Shown in pieces: positions 50,489 to 63,000 of a stretch of DNA of 64,000 bases. This DNA comes from Macrostomum lignano (taxonomy: Eukaryota). The stretch is from the NCBI GenBank assembly GCA_002269645.1, contig NIVC01001977.1, positions 1 through 64,000 on the forward strand, given 5' to 3'. Position 1 is the first letter of the stretch. Every line of letters starts with the position of its first letter. The notes under the pieces are model-generated. The model ran no database searches, had not been told where the DNA came from, and saw only the letters and a program-made list of their open reading frames with translations. A program made the position numbers and the translations under genes.

Positions 50489-51044
50489 ATGGCGAGTGCT
50501 GGACCAGGCGAGGGGGCCTATGACCCGGTAATTTAACAGTATGGGTAGCAGTGCCTAGCTGAAAATGCTGGTAAACCTGTGATCCGCCGTCTTCTTATTT
50601 TTTTTTGATTCCGCCTTTTTATCTCTTTATTTTATAATCCAATATTTTTTCTGCGATTTTACAGCTGGCTTTTGCCTCGTTTTATACAAACATTGCAAAT
50701 TTTTCTTTTACCCAAATAACCAATACTGCTTTTATTTACTATTATCCAAATGTTCCACCATAACCATACCAAATTACAATGAAAAGGAACCGCTGAGGCC
50801 TTTTTACATCTTTTACACTCTTTTATTTTCCAATGCTCAAATTATTTCCATAAATCCCAAATCCAAAATGCACTGCCCCCCTCACCGTACAGGTCCAAAT
50901 CTTTGTGAGGACCCCCACTATTTAGATTACTCCCCCTTTTTATTCAGTGCAGTCATAAAAAGAAATATTTTTTTTTTAAATCCAAATGTAAATATTACGC
51001 GATTTTCGAAAACGTTTATTTATATATTTTATTTCGTGCACCAA

Positions 51045-54000
51045 CTATTTGTCAATTAAACTGCGTGCAAAATACACAGGGCAGACACGCCGAGGGACAA
51101 TACCCTGTCCCATTCGTTTAACACACACAGTTATTAGAAGGCAACTGCGCCTCTAGCTTAAACCGTGTCTATTTGTCTAAACAAACTGACTGCGTGCAAA
51201 ATACAAGTGCACGGAAGCAGAATAACACGCCGTGAGCGTATTTTCGAACGCCTGTGCATGCGCGAGACTGCTTGGTGTAGTTATTAGAAGGCAACTGCGC
51301 CTCTAGCTTAAACCGTGTCTATTTGTCTAAACAAACTGACTGCGTGCAAAATACAAGTGCACGGAAGCAGAATAACACGCCGTGAGCGTATTTTCGAACG
51401 CCTGTGCATGCGCGAGACTGCTTGGTGTAGTTATTAGAAGGCAACTGCGCCTCTAGCTTAAACCGTGTCTATTTGTCTAAACAAACTGACTGCGTGCAAA
51501 ATACAAGTGCACGGAAGCAGAATAACACGCCGTGAGCGTATTTTCGAACGCCTGTGCATGCGCGAGACTGCTTGGTGTAGTTATTAGAAGGCAACTGCGC
51601 CTCTAGCTTAAACCGTGTCTATTTGTCTAAACAAACTGACTGCGTGCAAAATACAAGTGCACGGAAGCAGAATAACACGCCGTGAGCGTATTTTCGAACG
51701 CCTGTGCATGCGCGAGACTGCTTGGTGTAGTTATTAGAAGGCAACTGCGCCTCTAGCTTAAACCGTGTCTATTTGTCTAAACAAACTGACTGCGTGCAAA
51801 ATACAAGTGCACGGAAGCAGAATAACACGCCGTGAGCGTATTTTCGAACGCCTGTGCATGCGCGAGACTGCTTGGTGTAGTTATTAGAAGGCAACTGCGC
51901 CTCTAGCTTAAACCGTGTCTATTTGTCTAAACAAACTGACTGCGTGCAAAATACAAGTGCACGGAAGCAGAATAACACGCCGTGAGCGTATTTTCGAACG
52001 CCTGTGCATGCGCGAGACTGCTTGGTGTAGTTATTAGAAGGCAACTGCGCCTCTAGCTTAAACCGTGTCTATTTGTCTAAACAAACTGACTGCGTGCAAA
52101 ATACAAGTGCACGGAAGCAGAATAACACGCCGTGAGCGTATTTTCGAACGCCTGTGCATGCGCGAGACTGCTTGGTGTAGTTATTAGAAGGCAACTGCGC
52201 CTCTAGCTTAAACCGTGTCTATTTGTCTAAACAAACTGACTGCGTGCAAAATACAAGTGCACGGAAGCAGAATAACACGCCGTGAGCGTATTTTCGAACG
52301 CCTGTGCATGCGCGAGACTGCTTGGTGTAGTTATTAGAAGGCAACTGCGCCTCTAGCTTAAACCGTGTCTATTTGTCTAAACAAACTGACTGCGTGCAAA
52401 ATACAAGTGCACGGAAGCAGAATAACACGCCGTGAGCGTATTTTCGAACGCCTGTGCATGCGCGAGACTGCTTGGTGTAGTTATTAGAAGGCAACTGCGC
52501 CTCTAGCTTAAACCGTGTCTATTTGTCTAAACAAACTGACTGCGTGCAAAATACAAGTGCACGGAAGCAGAATAACACGCCGTGAGCGTATTTTCGAACG
52601 CCTGTGCATGCGCGAGACTGCTTGGTGTAGTTATTAGAAGGCAACTGCGCCTCTAGCTTAAACCGTGTCTATTTGTCTAAACAAACTGACTGCGTGCAAA
52701 ATACAAGTGCACGGAAGCAGAATAACACGCCGTGAGCGTATTTTCGAACGCCTGTGCATGCGCGAGACTGCTTGGTGTAGTTATTAGAAGGCAACTGCGC
52801 CTCTAGCTTAAACCGTGTCTATTTGTCTAAACAAACTGACTGCGTGCAAAATACAAGTGCACGGAAGCAGAATAACACGCCGTGAGCGTATTTTCGAACG
52901 CCTGTGCATGCGCGAGACTGCTTGGTGTAGTTATTAGAAGGCAACTGCGCCTCTAGCTTAAACCGTGTCTATTTGTCTAAACAAACTGACTGCGTGCAAA
53001 ATACAAGTGCACGGAAGCAGAATAACACGCCGTGAGCGTATTTTCGAACGCCTGTGCATGCGCGAGACTGCTTGGTGTAGTTATTAGAAGGCAACTGCGC
53101 CTCTAGCTTAAACCGTGTCTATTTGTCTAAACAAACTGACTGCGTGCAAAATACAAGTGCACGGAAGCAGAATAACACGCCGTGAGCGTATTTTCGAACG
53201 CCTGTGCATGCGCGAGACTGCTTGGTGTAGTTATTAGAAGGCAACTGCGCCTCTAGCTTAAACCGTGTCTATTTGTCTAAACAAACTGACTGCGTGCAAA
53301 ATACAAGTGCACGGAAGCAGAATAACACGCCGTGAGCGTATTTTCGAACGCCTGTGCATGCGCGAGACTGCTTGGTGTAGTTATTAGAAGGCAACTGCGC
53401 CTCTAGCTTAAACCGTGTCTATTTGTCTAAACAAACTGACTGCGTGCAAAATACAAGTGCACGGAAGCAGAATAACACGCCGTGAGCGTATTTTCGAACG
53501 CCTGTGCATGCGCGAGACTGCTTGGTGTAGTTATTAGAAGGCAACTGCGCCTCTAGCTTAAACCGTGTCTATTTGTCTAAACAAACTGACTGCGTGCAAA
53601 ATACAAGTGCACGGAAGCAGAATAACACGCCGTGAGCGTATTTTCGAACGCCTGTGCATGCGCGAGACTGCTTGGTGTAGTTATTAGAAGGCAACTGCGC
53701 CTCTAGCTTAAACCGTGTCTATTTGTCTAAACAAACTGACTGCGTGCAAAATACAAGTGCACGGAAGCAGAATAACACGCCGTGAGCGTATTTTCGAACG
53801 CCTGTGCATGCGCGAGACTGCTTGGTGTAGTTATTAGAAGGCAACTGCGCCTCTAGCTTAAACCGTGTCTATTTGTCTAAACAAACTGACTGCGTGCAAA
53901 ATACAAGTGCACGGAAGCAGAATAACACGCCGTGAGCGTATTTTCGAACGCCTGTGCATGCGCGAGACTGCTTGGTGTAGTTATTAGAAGGCAACTGCGC

Positions 54001-57000
54001 CTCTAGCTTAAACCGTGTCTATTTGTCTAAACAAACTGACTGCGTGCAAAATACAAGTGCACGGAAGCAGAATAACACGCCGTGAGCGTATTTTCGAACG
54101 CCTGTGCATGCGCGAGACTGCTTGGTGTAGTTATTAGAAGGCAACTGCGCCTCTAGCTTAAACCGTGTCTATTTGTCTAAACAAACTGACTGCGTGCAAA
54201 ATACAAGTGCACGGAAGCAGAATAACACGCCGTGAGCGTATTTTCGAACGCCTGTGCATGCGCGAGACTGCTTGGTGTAGTTATTAGAAGGCAACTGCGC
54301 CTCTAGCTTAAACCGTGTCTATTTGTCTAAACAAACTGACTGCGTGCAAAATACAAGTGCACGGAAGCAGAATAACACGCCGTGAGCGTATTTTCGAACG
54401 CCTGTGCATGCGCGAGACTGCTTGGTGTAGTTATTAGAAGGCAACTGCGCCTCTAGCTTAAACCGTGTCTATTTGTCTAAACAAACTGACTGCGTGCAAA
54501 ATACAAGTGCACGGAAGCAGAATAACACGCCGTGAGCGTATTTTCGAACGCCTGTGCATGCGCGAGACTGCTTGGTGTAGTTATTAGAAGGCAACTGCGC
54601 CTCTAGCTTAAACCGTGTCTATTTGTCTAAACAAACTGACTGCGTGCAAAATACAAGTGCACGGAAGCAGAATAACACGCCGTGAGCGTATTTTCGAACG
54701 CCTGTGCATGCGCGAGACTGCTTGGTGTAGTTATTAGAAGGCAACTGCGCCTCTAGCTTAAACCGTGTCTATTTGTCTAAACAAACTGACTGCGTGCAAA
54801 ATACAAGTGCACGGAAGCAGAATAACACGCCGTGAGCGTATTTTCGAACGCCTGTGCATGCGCGAGACTGCTTGGTGTAGTTATTAGAAGGCAACTGCGC
54901 CTCTAGCTTAAACCGTGTCTATTTGTCTAAACAAACTGACTGCGTGCAAAATACAAGTGCACGGAAGCAGAATAACACGCCGTGAGCGTATTTTCGAACG
55001 CCTGTGCATGCGCGAGACTGCTTGGTGTAGTTATTAGAAGGCAACTGCGCCTCTAGCTTAAACCGTGTCTATTTGTCTAAACAAACTGACTGCGTGCAAA
55101 ATACAAGTGCACGGAAGCAGAATAACACGCCGTGAGCGTATTTTCGAACGCCTGTGCATGCGCGAGACTGCTTGGTGTAGTTATTAGAAGGCAACTGCGC
55201 CTCTAGCTTAAACCGTGTCTATTTGTCTAAACAAACTGACTGCGTGCAAAATACAAGTGCACGGAAGCAGAATAACACGCCGTGAGCGTATTTTCGAACG
55301 CCTGTGCATGCGCGAGACTGCTTGGTGTAGTTATTAGAAGGCAACTGCGCCTCTAGCTTAAACCGTGTCTATTTGTCTAAACAAACTGACTGCGTGCAAA
55401 ATACAAGTGCACGGAAGCAGAATAACACGCCGTGAGCGTATTTTCGAACGCCTGTGCATGCGCGAGACTGCTTGGTGTAGTTATTAGAAGGCAACTGCGC
55501 CTCTAGCTTAAACCGTGTCTATTTGTCTAAACAAACTGACTGCGTGCAAAATACAAGTGCACGGAAGCAGAATAACACGCCGTGAGCGTATTTTCGAACG
55601 CCTGTGCATGCGCGAGACTGCTTGGTGTAGTTATTAGAAGGCAACTGCGCCTCTAGCTTAAACCGTGTCTATTTGTCTAAACAAACTGACTGCGTGCAAA
55701 ATACAAGTGCACGGAAGCAGAATAACACGCCGTGAGCGTATTTTCGAACGCCTGTGCATGCGCGAGACTGCTTGGTGTAGTTATTAGAAGGCAACTGCGC
55801 CTCTAGCTTAAACCGTGTCTATTTGTCTAAACAAACTGACTGCGTGCAAAATACAAGTGCACGGAAGCAGAATAACACGCCGTGAGCGTATTTTCGAACG
55901 CCTGTGCATGCGCGAGACTGCTTGGTGTAGTTATTAGAAGGCAACTGCGCCTCTAGCTTAAACCGTGTCTATTTGTCTAAACAAACTGACTGCGTGCAAA
56001 ATACAAGTGCACGGAAGCAGAATAACACGCCGTGAGCGTATTTTCGAACGCCTGTGCATGCGCGAGACTGCTTGGTGTAGTTATTAGAAGGCAACTGCGC
56101 CTCTAGCTTAAACCGTGTCTATTTGTCTAAACAAACTGACTGCGTGCAAAATACAAGTGCACGGAAGCAGAATAACACGCCGTGAGCGTATTTTCGAACG
56201 CCTGTGCATGCGCGAGACTGCTTGGTGTAGTTATTAGAAGGCAACTGCGCCTCTAGCTTAAACCGTGTCTATTTGTCTAAACAAACTGACTGCGTGCAAA
56301 ATACAAGTGCACGGAAGCAGAATAACACGCCGTGAGCGTATTTTCGAACGCCTGTGCATGCGCGAGACTGCTTGGTGTAGTTATTAGAAGGCAACTGCGC
56401 CTCTAGCTTAAACCGTGTCTATTTGTCTAAACAAACTGACTGCGTGCAAAATACAAGTGCACGGAAGCAGAATAACACGCCGTGAGCGTATTTTCGAACG
56501 CCTGTGCATGCGCGAGACTGCTTGGTGTAGTTATTAGAAGGCAACTGCGCCTCTAGCTTAAACCGTGTCTATTTGTCTAAACAAACTGACTGCGTGCAAA
56601 ATACAAGTGCACGGAAGCAGAATAACACGCCGTGAGCGTATTTTCGAACGCCTGTGCATGCGCGAGACTGCTTGGTGTAGTTATTAGAAGGCAACTGCGC
56701 CTCTAGCTTAAACCGTGTCTATTTGTCTAAACAAACTGACTGCGTGCAAAATACAAGTGCACGGAAGCAGAATAACACGCCGTGAGCGTATTTTCGAACG
56801 CCTGTGCATGCGCGAGACTGCTTGGTGTAGTTATTAGAAGGCAACTGCGCCTCTAGCTTAAACCGTGTCTATTTGTCTAAACAAACTGACTGCGTGCAAA
56901 ATACAAGTGCACGGAAGCAGAATAACACGCCGTGAGCGTATTTTCGAACGCCTGTGCATGCGCGAGACTGCTTGGTGTAGTTATTAGAAGGCAACTGCGC

Positions 57001-60000
57001 CTCTAGCTTAAACCGTGTCTATTTGTCTAAACAAACTGACTGCGTGCAAAATACAAGTGCACGGAAGCAGAATAACACGCCGTGAGCGTATTTTCGAACG
57101 CCTGTGCATGCGCGAGACTGCTTGGTGTAGTTATTAGAAGGCAACTGCGCCTCTAGCTTAAACCGTGTCTATTTGTCTAAACAAACTGACTGCGTGCAAA
57201 ATACAAGTGCACGGAAGCAGAATAACACGCCGTGAGCGTATTTTCGAACGCCTGTGCATGCGCGAGACTGCTTGGTGTAGTTATTAGAAGGCAACTGCGC
57301 CTCTAGCTTAAACCGTGTCTATTTGTCTAAACAAACTGACTGCGTGCAAAATACAAGTGCACGGAAGCAGAATAACACGCCGTGAGCGTATTTTCGAACG
57401 CCTGTGCATGCGCGAGACTGCTTGGTGTAGTTATTAGAAGGCAACTGCGCCTCTAGCTTAAACCGTGTCTATTTGTCTAAACAAACTGACTGCGTGCAAA
57501 ATACAAGTGCACGGAAGCAGAATAACACGCCGTGAGCGTATTTTCGAACGCCTGTGCATGCGCGAGACTGCTTGGTGTAGTTATTAGAAGGCAACTGCGC
57601 CTCTAGCTTAAACCGTGTCTATTTGTCTAAACAAACTGACTGCGTGCAAAATACAAGTGCACGGAAGCAGAATAACACGCCGTGAGCGTATTTTCGAACG
57701 CCTGTGCATGCGCGAGACTGCTTGGTGTAGTTATTAGAAGGCAACTGCGCCTCTAGCTTAAACCGTGTCTATTTGTCTAAACAAACTGACTGCGTGCAAA
57801 ATACAAGTGCACGGAAGCAGAATAACACGCCGTGAGCGTATTTTCGAACGCCTGTGCATGCGCGAGACTGCTTGGTGTAGTTATTAGAAGGCAACTGCGC
57901 CTCTAGCTTAAACCGTGTCTATTTGTCTAAACAAACTGACTGCGTGCAAAATACAAGTGCACGGAAGCAGAATAACACGCCGTGAGCGTATTTTCGAACG
58001 CCTGTGCATGCGCGAGACTGCTTGGTGTAGTTATTAGAAGGCAACTGCGCCTCTAGCTTAAACCGTGTCTATTTGTCTAAACAAACTGACTGCGTGCAAA
58101 ATACAAGTGCACGGAAGCAGAATAACACGCCGTGAGCGTATTTTCGAACGCCTGTGCATGCGCGAGACTGCTTGGTGTAGTTATTAGAAGGCAACTGCGC
58201 CTCTAGCTTAAACCGTGTCTATTTGTCTAAACAAACTGACTGCGTGCAAAATACAAGTGCACGGAAGCAGAATAACACGCCGTGAGCGTATTTTCGAACG
58301 CCTGTGCATGCGCGAGACTGCTTGGTGTAGTTATTAGAAGGCAACTGCGCCTCTAGCTTAAACCGTGTCTATTTGTCTAAACAAACTGACTGCGTGCAAA
58401 ATACAAGTGCACGGAAGCAGAATAACACGCCGTGAGCGTATTTTCGAACGCCTGTGCATGCGCGAGACTGCTTGGTGTAGTTATTAGAAGGCAACTGCGC
58501 CTCTAGCTTAAACCGTGTCTATTTGTCTAAACAAACTGACTGCGTGCAAAATACAAGTGCACGGAAGCAGAATAACACGCCGTGAGCGTATTTTCGAACG
58601 CCTGTGCATGCGCGAGACTGCTTGGTGTAGTTATTAGAAGGCAACTGCGCCTCTAGCTTAAACCGTGTCTATTTGTCTAAACAAACTGACTGCGTGCAAA
58701 ATACAAGTGCACGGAAGCAGAATAACACGCCGTGAGCGTATTTTCGAACGCCTGTGCATGCGCGAGACTGCTTGGTGTAGTTATTAGAAGGCAACTGCGC
58801 CTCTAGCTTAAACCGTGTCTATTTGTCTAAACAAACTGACTGCGTGCAAAATACAAGTGCACGGAAGCAGAATAACACGCCGTGAGCGTATTTTCGAACG
58901 CCTGTGCATGCGCGAGACTGCTTGGTGTAGTTATTAGAAGGCAACTGCGCCTCTAGCTTAAACCGTGTCTATTTGTCTAAACAAACTGACTGCGTGCAAA
59001 ATACAAGTGCACGGAAGCAGAATAACACGCCGTGAGCGTATTTTCGAACGCCTGTGCATGCGCGAGACTGCTTGGTGTAGTTATTAGAAGGCAACTGCGC
59101 CTCTAGCTTAAACCGTGTCTATTTGTCTAAACAAACTGACTGCGTGCAAAATACAAGTGCACGGAAGCAGAATAACACGCCGTGAGCGTATTTTCGAACG
59201 CCTGTGCATGCGCGAGACTGCTTGGTGTAGTTATTAGAAGGCAACTGCGCCTCTAGCTTAAACCGTGTCTATTTGTCTAAACAAACTGACTGCGTGCAAA
59301 ATACAAGTGCACGGAAGCAGAATAACACGCCGTGAGCGTATTTTCGAACGCCTGTGCATGCGCGAGACTGCTTGGTGTAGTTATTAGAAGGCAACTGCGC
59401 CTCTAGCTTAAACCGTGTCTATTTGTCTAAACAAACTGACTGCGTGCAAAATACAAGTGCACGGAAGCAGAATAACACGCCGTGAGCGTATTTTCGAACG
59501 CCTGTGCATGCGCGAGACTGCTTGGTGTAGTTATTAGAAGGCAACTGCGCCTCTAGCTTAAACCGTGTCTATTTGTCTAAACAAACTGACTGCGTGCAAA
59601 ATACAAGTGCACGGAAGCAGAATAACACGCCGTGAGCGTATTTTCGAACGCCTGTGCATGCGCGAGACTGCTTGGTGTAGTTATTAGAAGGCAACTGCGC
59701 CTCTAGCTTAAACCGTGTCTATTTGTCTAAACAAACTGACTGCGTGCAAAATACAAGTGCACGGAAGCAGAATAACACGCCGTGAGCGTATTTTCGAACG
59801 CCTGTGCATGCGCGAGACTGCTTGGTGTAGTTATTAGAAGGCAACTGCGCCTCTAGCTTAAACCGTGTCTATTTGTCTAAACAAACTGACTGCGTGCAAA
59901 ATACAAGTGCACGGAAGCAGAATAACACGCCGTGAGCGTATTTTCGAACGCCTGTGCATGCGCGAGACTGCTTGGTGTAGTTATTAGAAGGCAACTGCGC

Positions 60001-63000
60001 CTCTAGCTTAAACCGTGTCTATTTGTCTAAACAAACTGACTGCGTGCAAAATACAAGTGCACGGAAGCAGAATAACACGCCGTGAGCGTATTTTCGAACG
60101 CCTGTGCATGCGCGAGACTGCTTGGTGTAGTTATTAGAAGGCAACTGCGCCTCTAGCTTAAACCGTGTCTATTTGTCTAAACAAACTGACTGCGTGCAAA
60201 ATACAAGTGCACGGAAGCAGAATAACACGCCGTGAGCGTATTTTCGAACGCCTGTGCATGCGCGAGACTGCTTGGTGTAGTTATTAGAAGGCAACTGCGC
60301 CTCTAGCTTAAACCGTGTCTATTTGTCTAAACAAACTGACTGCGTGCAAAATACAAGTGCACGGAAGCAGAATAACACGCCGTGAGCGTATTTTCGAACG
60401 CCTGTGCATGCGCGAGACTGCTTGGTGTAGTTATTAGAAGGCAACTGCGCCTCTAGCTTAAACCGTGTCTATTTGTCTAAACAAACTGACTGCGTGCAAA
60501 ATACAAGTGCACGGAAGCAGAATAACACGCCGTGAGCGTATTTTCGAACGCCTGTGCATGCGCGAGACTGCTTGGTGTAGTTATTAGAAGGCAACTGCGC
60601 CTCTAGCTTAAACCGTGTCTATTTGTCTAAACAAACTGACTGCGTGCAAAATACAAGTGCACGGAAGCAGAATAACACGCCGTGAGCGTATTTTCGAACG
60701 CCTGTGCATGCGCGAGACTGCTTGGTGTAGTTATTAGAAGGCAACTGCGCCTCTAGCTTAAACCGTGTCTATTTGTCTAAACAAACTGACTGCGTGCAAA
60801 ATACAAGTGCACGGAAGCAGAATAACACGCCGTGAGCGTATTTTCGAACGCCTGTGCATGCGCGAGACTGCTTGGTGTAGTTATTAGAAGGCAACTGCGC
60901 CTCTAGCTTAAACCGTGTCTATTTGTCTAAACAAACTGACTGCGTGCAAAATACAAGTGCACGGAAGCAGAATAACACGCCGTGAGCGTATTTTCGAACG
61001 CCTGTGCATGCGCGAGACTGCTTGGTGTAGTTATTAGAAGGCAACTGCGCCTCTAGCTTAAACCGTGTCTATTTGTCTAAACAAACTGACTGCGTGCAAA
61101 ATACAAGTGCACGGAAGCAGAATAACACGCCGTGAGCGTATTTTCGAACGCCTGTGCATGCGCGAGACTGCTTGGTGTAGTTATTAGAAGGCAACTGCGC
61201 CTCTAGCTTAAACCGTGTCTATTTGTCTAAACAAACTGACTGCGTGCAAAATACAAGTGCACGGAAGCAGAATAACACGCCGTGAGCGTATTTTCGAACG
61301 CCTGTGCATGCGCGAGACTGCTTGGTGTAGTTATTAGAAGGCAACTGCGCCTCTAGCTTAAACCGTGTCTATTTGTCTAAACAAACTGACTGCGTGCAAA
61401 ATACAAGTGCACGGAAGCAGAATAACACGCCGTGAGCGTATTTTCGAACGCCTGTGCATGCGCGAGACTGCTTGGTGTAGTTATTAGAAGGCAACTGCGC
61501 CTCTAGCTTAAACCGTGTCTATTTGTCTAAACAAACTGACTGCGTGCAAAATACAAGTGCACGGAAGCAGAATAACACGCCGTGAGCGTATTTTCGAACG
61601 CCTGTGCATGCGCGAGACTGCTTGGTGTAGTTATTAGAAGGCAACTGCGCCTCTAGCTTAAACCGTGTCTATTTGTCTAAACAAACTGACTGCGTGCAAA
61701 ATACAAGTGCACGGAAGCAGAATAACACGCCGTGAGCGTATTTTCGAACGCCTGTGCATGCGCGAGACTGCTTGGTGTAGTTATTAGAAGGCAACTGCGC
61801 CTCTAGCTTAAACCGTGTCTATTTGTCTAAACAAACTGACTGCGTGCAAAATACAAGTGCACGGAAGCAGAATAACACGCCGTGAGCGTATTTTCGAACG
61901 CCTGTGCATGCGCGAGACTGCTTGGTGTAGTTATTAGAAGGCAACTGCGCCTCTAGCTTAAACCGTGTCTATTTGTCTAAACAAACTGACTGCGTGCAAA
62001 ATACAAGTGCACGGAAGCAGAATAACACGCCGTGAGCGTATTTTCGAACGCCTGTGCATGCGCGAGACTGCTTGGTGTAGTTATTAGAAGGCAACTGCGC
62101 CTCTAGCTTAAACCGTGTCTATTTGTCTAAACAAACTGACTGCGTGCAAAATACAAGTGCACGGAAGCAGAATAACACGCCGTGAGCGTATTTTCGAACG
62201 CCTGTGCATGCGCGAGACTGCTTGGTGTAGTTATTAGAAGGCAACTGCGCCTCTAGCTTAAACCGTGTCTATTTGTCTAAACAAACTGACTGCGTGCAAA
62301 ATACAAGTGCACGGAAGCAGAATAACACGCCGTGAGCGTATTTTCGAACGCCTGTGCATGCGCGAGACTGCTTGGTGTAGTTATTAGAAGGCAACTGCGC
62401 CTCTAGCTTAAACCGTGTCTATTTGTCTAAACAAACTGACTGCGTGCAAAATACAAGTGCACGGAAGCAGAATAACACGCCGTGAGCGTATTTTCGAACG
62501 CCTGTGCATGCGCGAGACTGCTTGGTGTAGTTATTAGAAGGCAACTGCGCCTCTAGCTTAAACCGTGTCTATTTGTCTAAACAAACTGACTGCGTGCAAA
62601 ATACAAGTGCACGGAAGCAGAATAACACGCCGTGAGCGTATTTTCGAACGCCTGTGCATGCGCGAGACTGCTTGGTGTAGTTATTAGAAGGCAACTGCGC
62701 CTCTAGCTTAAACCGTGTCTATTTGTCTAAACAAACTGACTGCGTGCAAAATACAAGTGCACGGAAGCAGAATAACACGCCGTGAGCGTATTTTCGAACG
62801 CCTGTGCATGCGCGAGACTGCTTGGTGTAGTTATTAGAAGGCAACTGCGCCTCTAGCTTAAACCGTGTCTATTTGTCTAAACAAACTGACTGCGTGCAAA
62901 ATACAAGTGCACGGAAGCAGAATAACACGCCGTGAGCGTATTTTCGAACGCCTGTGCATGCGCGAGACTGCTTGGTGTAGTTATTAGAAGGCAACTGCGC

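Larger units (their letters stand above)
43990..50570 (+). mobile_element. Non-LTR retrotransposon (LINE), Jockey/I-group architecture, with AlkB domain in ORF1; ends uncertain
   Basis: Seen: two tandem + strand ORFs, ORF1 with triple CCHC knuckle and ORF2 with APE endonuclease then RT motifs. No LTRs, protease, integrase or RNase H. Established: this organisation defines APE-type LINEs, and a triple-knuckle ORF1 without RNase H is typical of Jockey-like elements. Clade call is inference. Ends are approximate because no TSD or poly(A) tail is legible. Confidence 0.93.

Noticed and set aside
50385-50570. Self-cleaving ribozyme in the 3' UTR (ctgatgcg...gaaa)
   Set aside because: The hammerhead core CUGAUGA is not matched and I could not build the required stems by eye. 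An Infernal search would be needed.
43980-51050. LTRs, terminal inverted repeats or a target-site duplication around the island
   Set aside because: No convincing direct or inverted match between the two AT-rich flanks (only a 6-bp ttacgc, chance level); junctions too garbled to call a TSD.
50868-51059. 63-aa ORF in the AT-rich 3' flank
   Set aside because: Short, low-complexity, runs into the garbled junction, no motifs.
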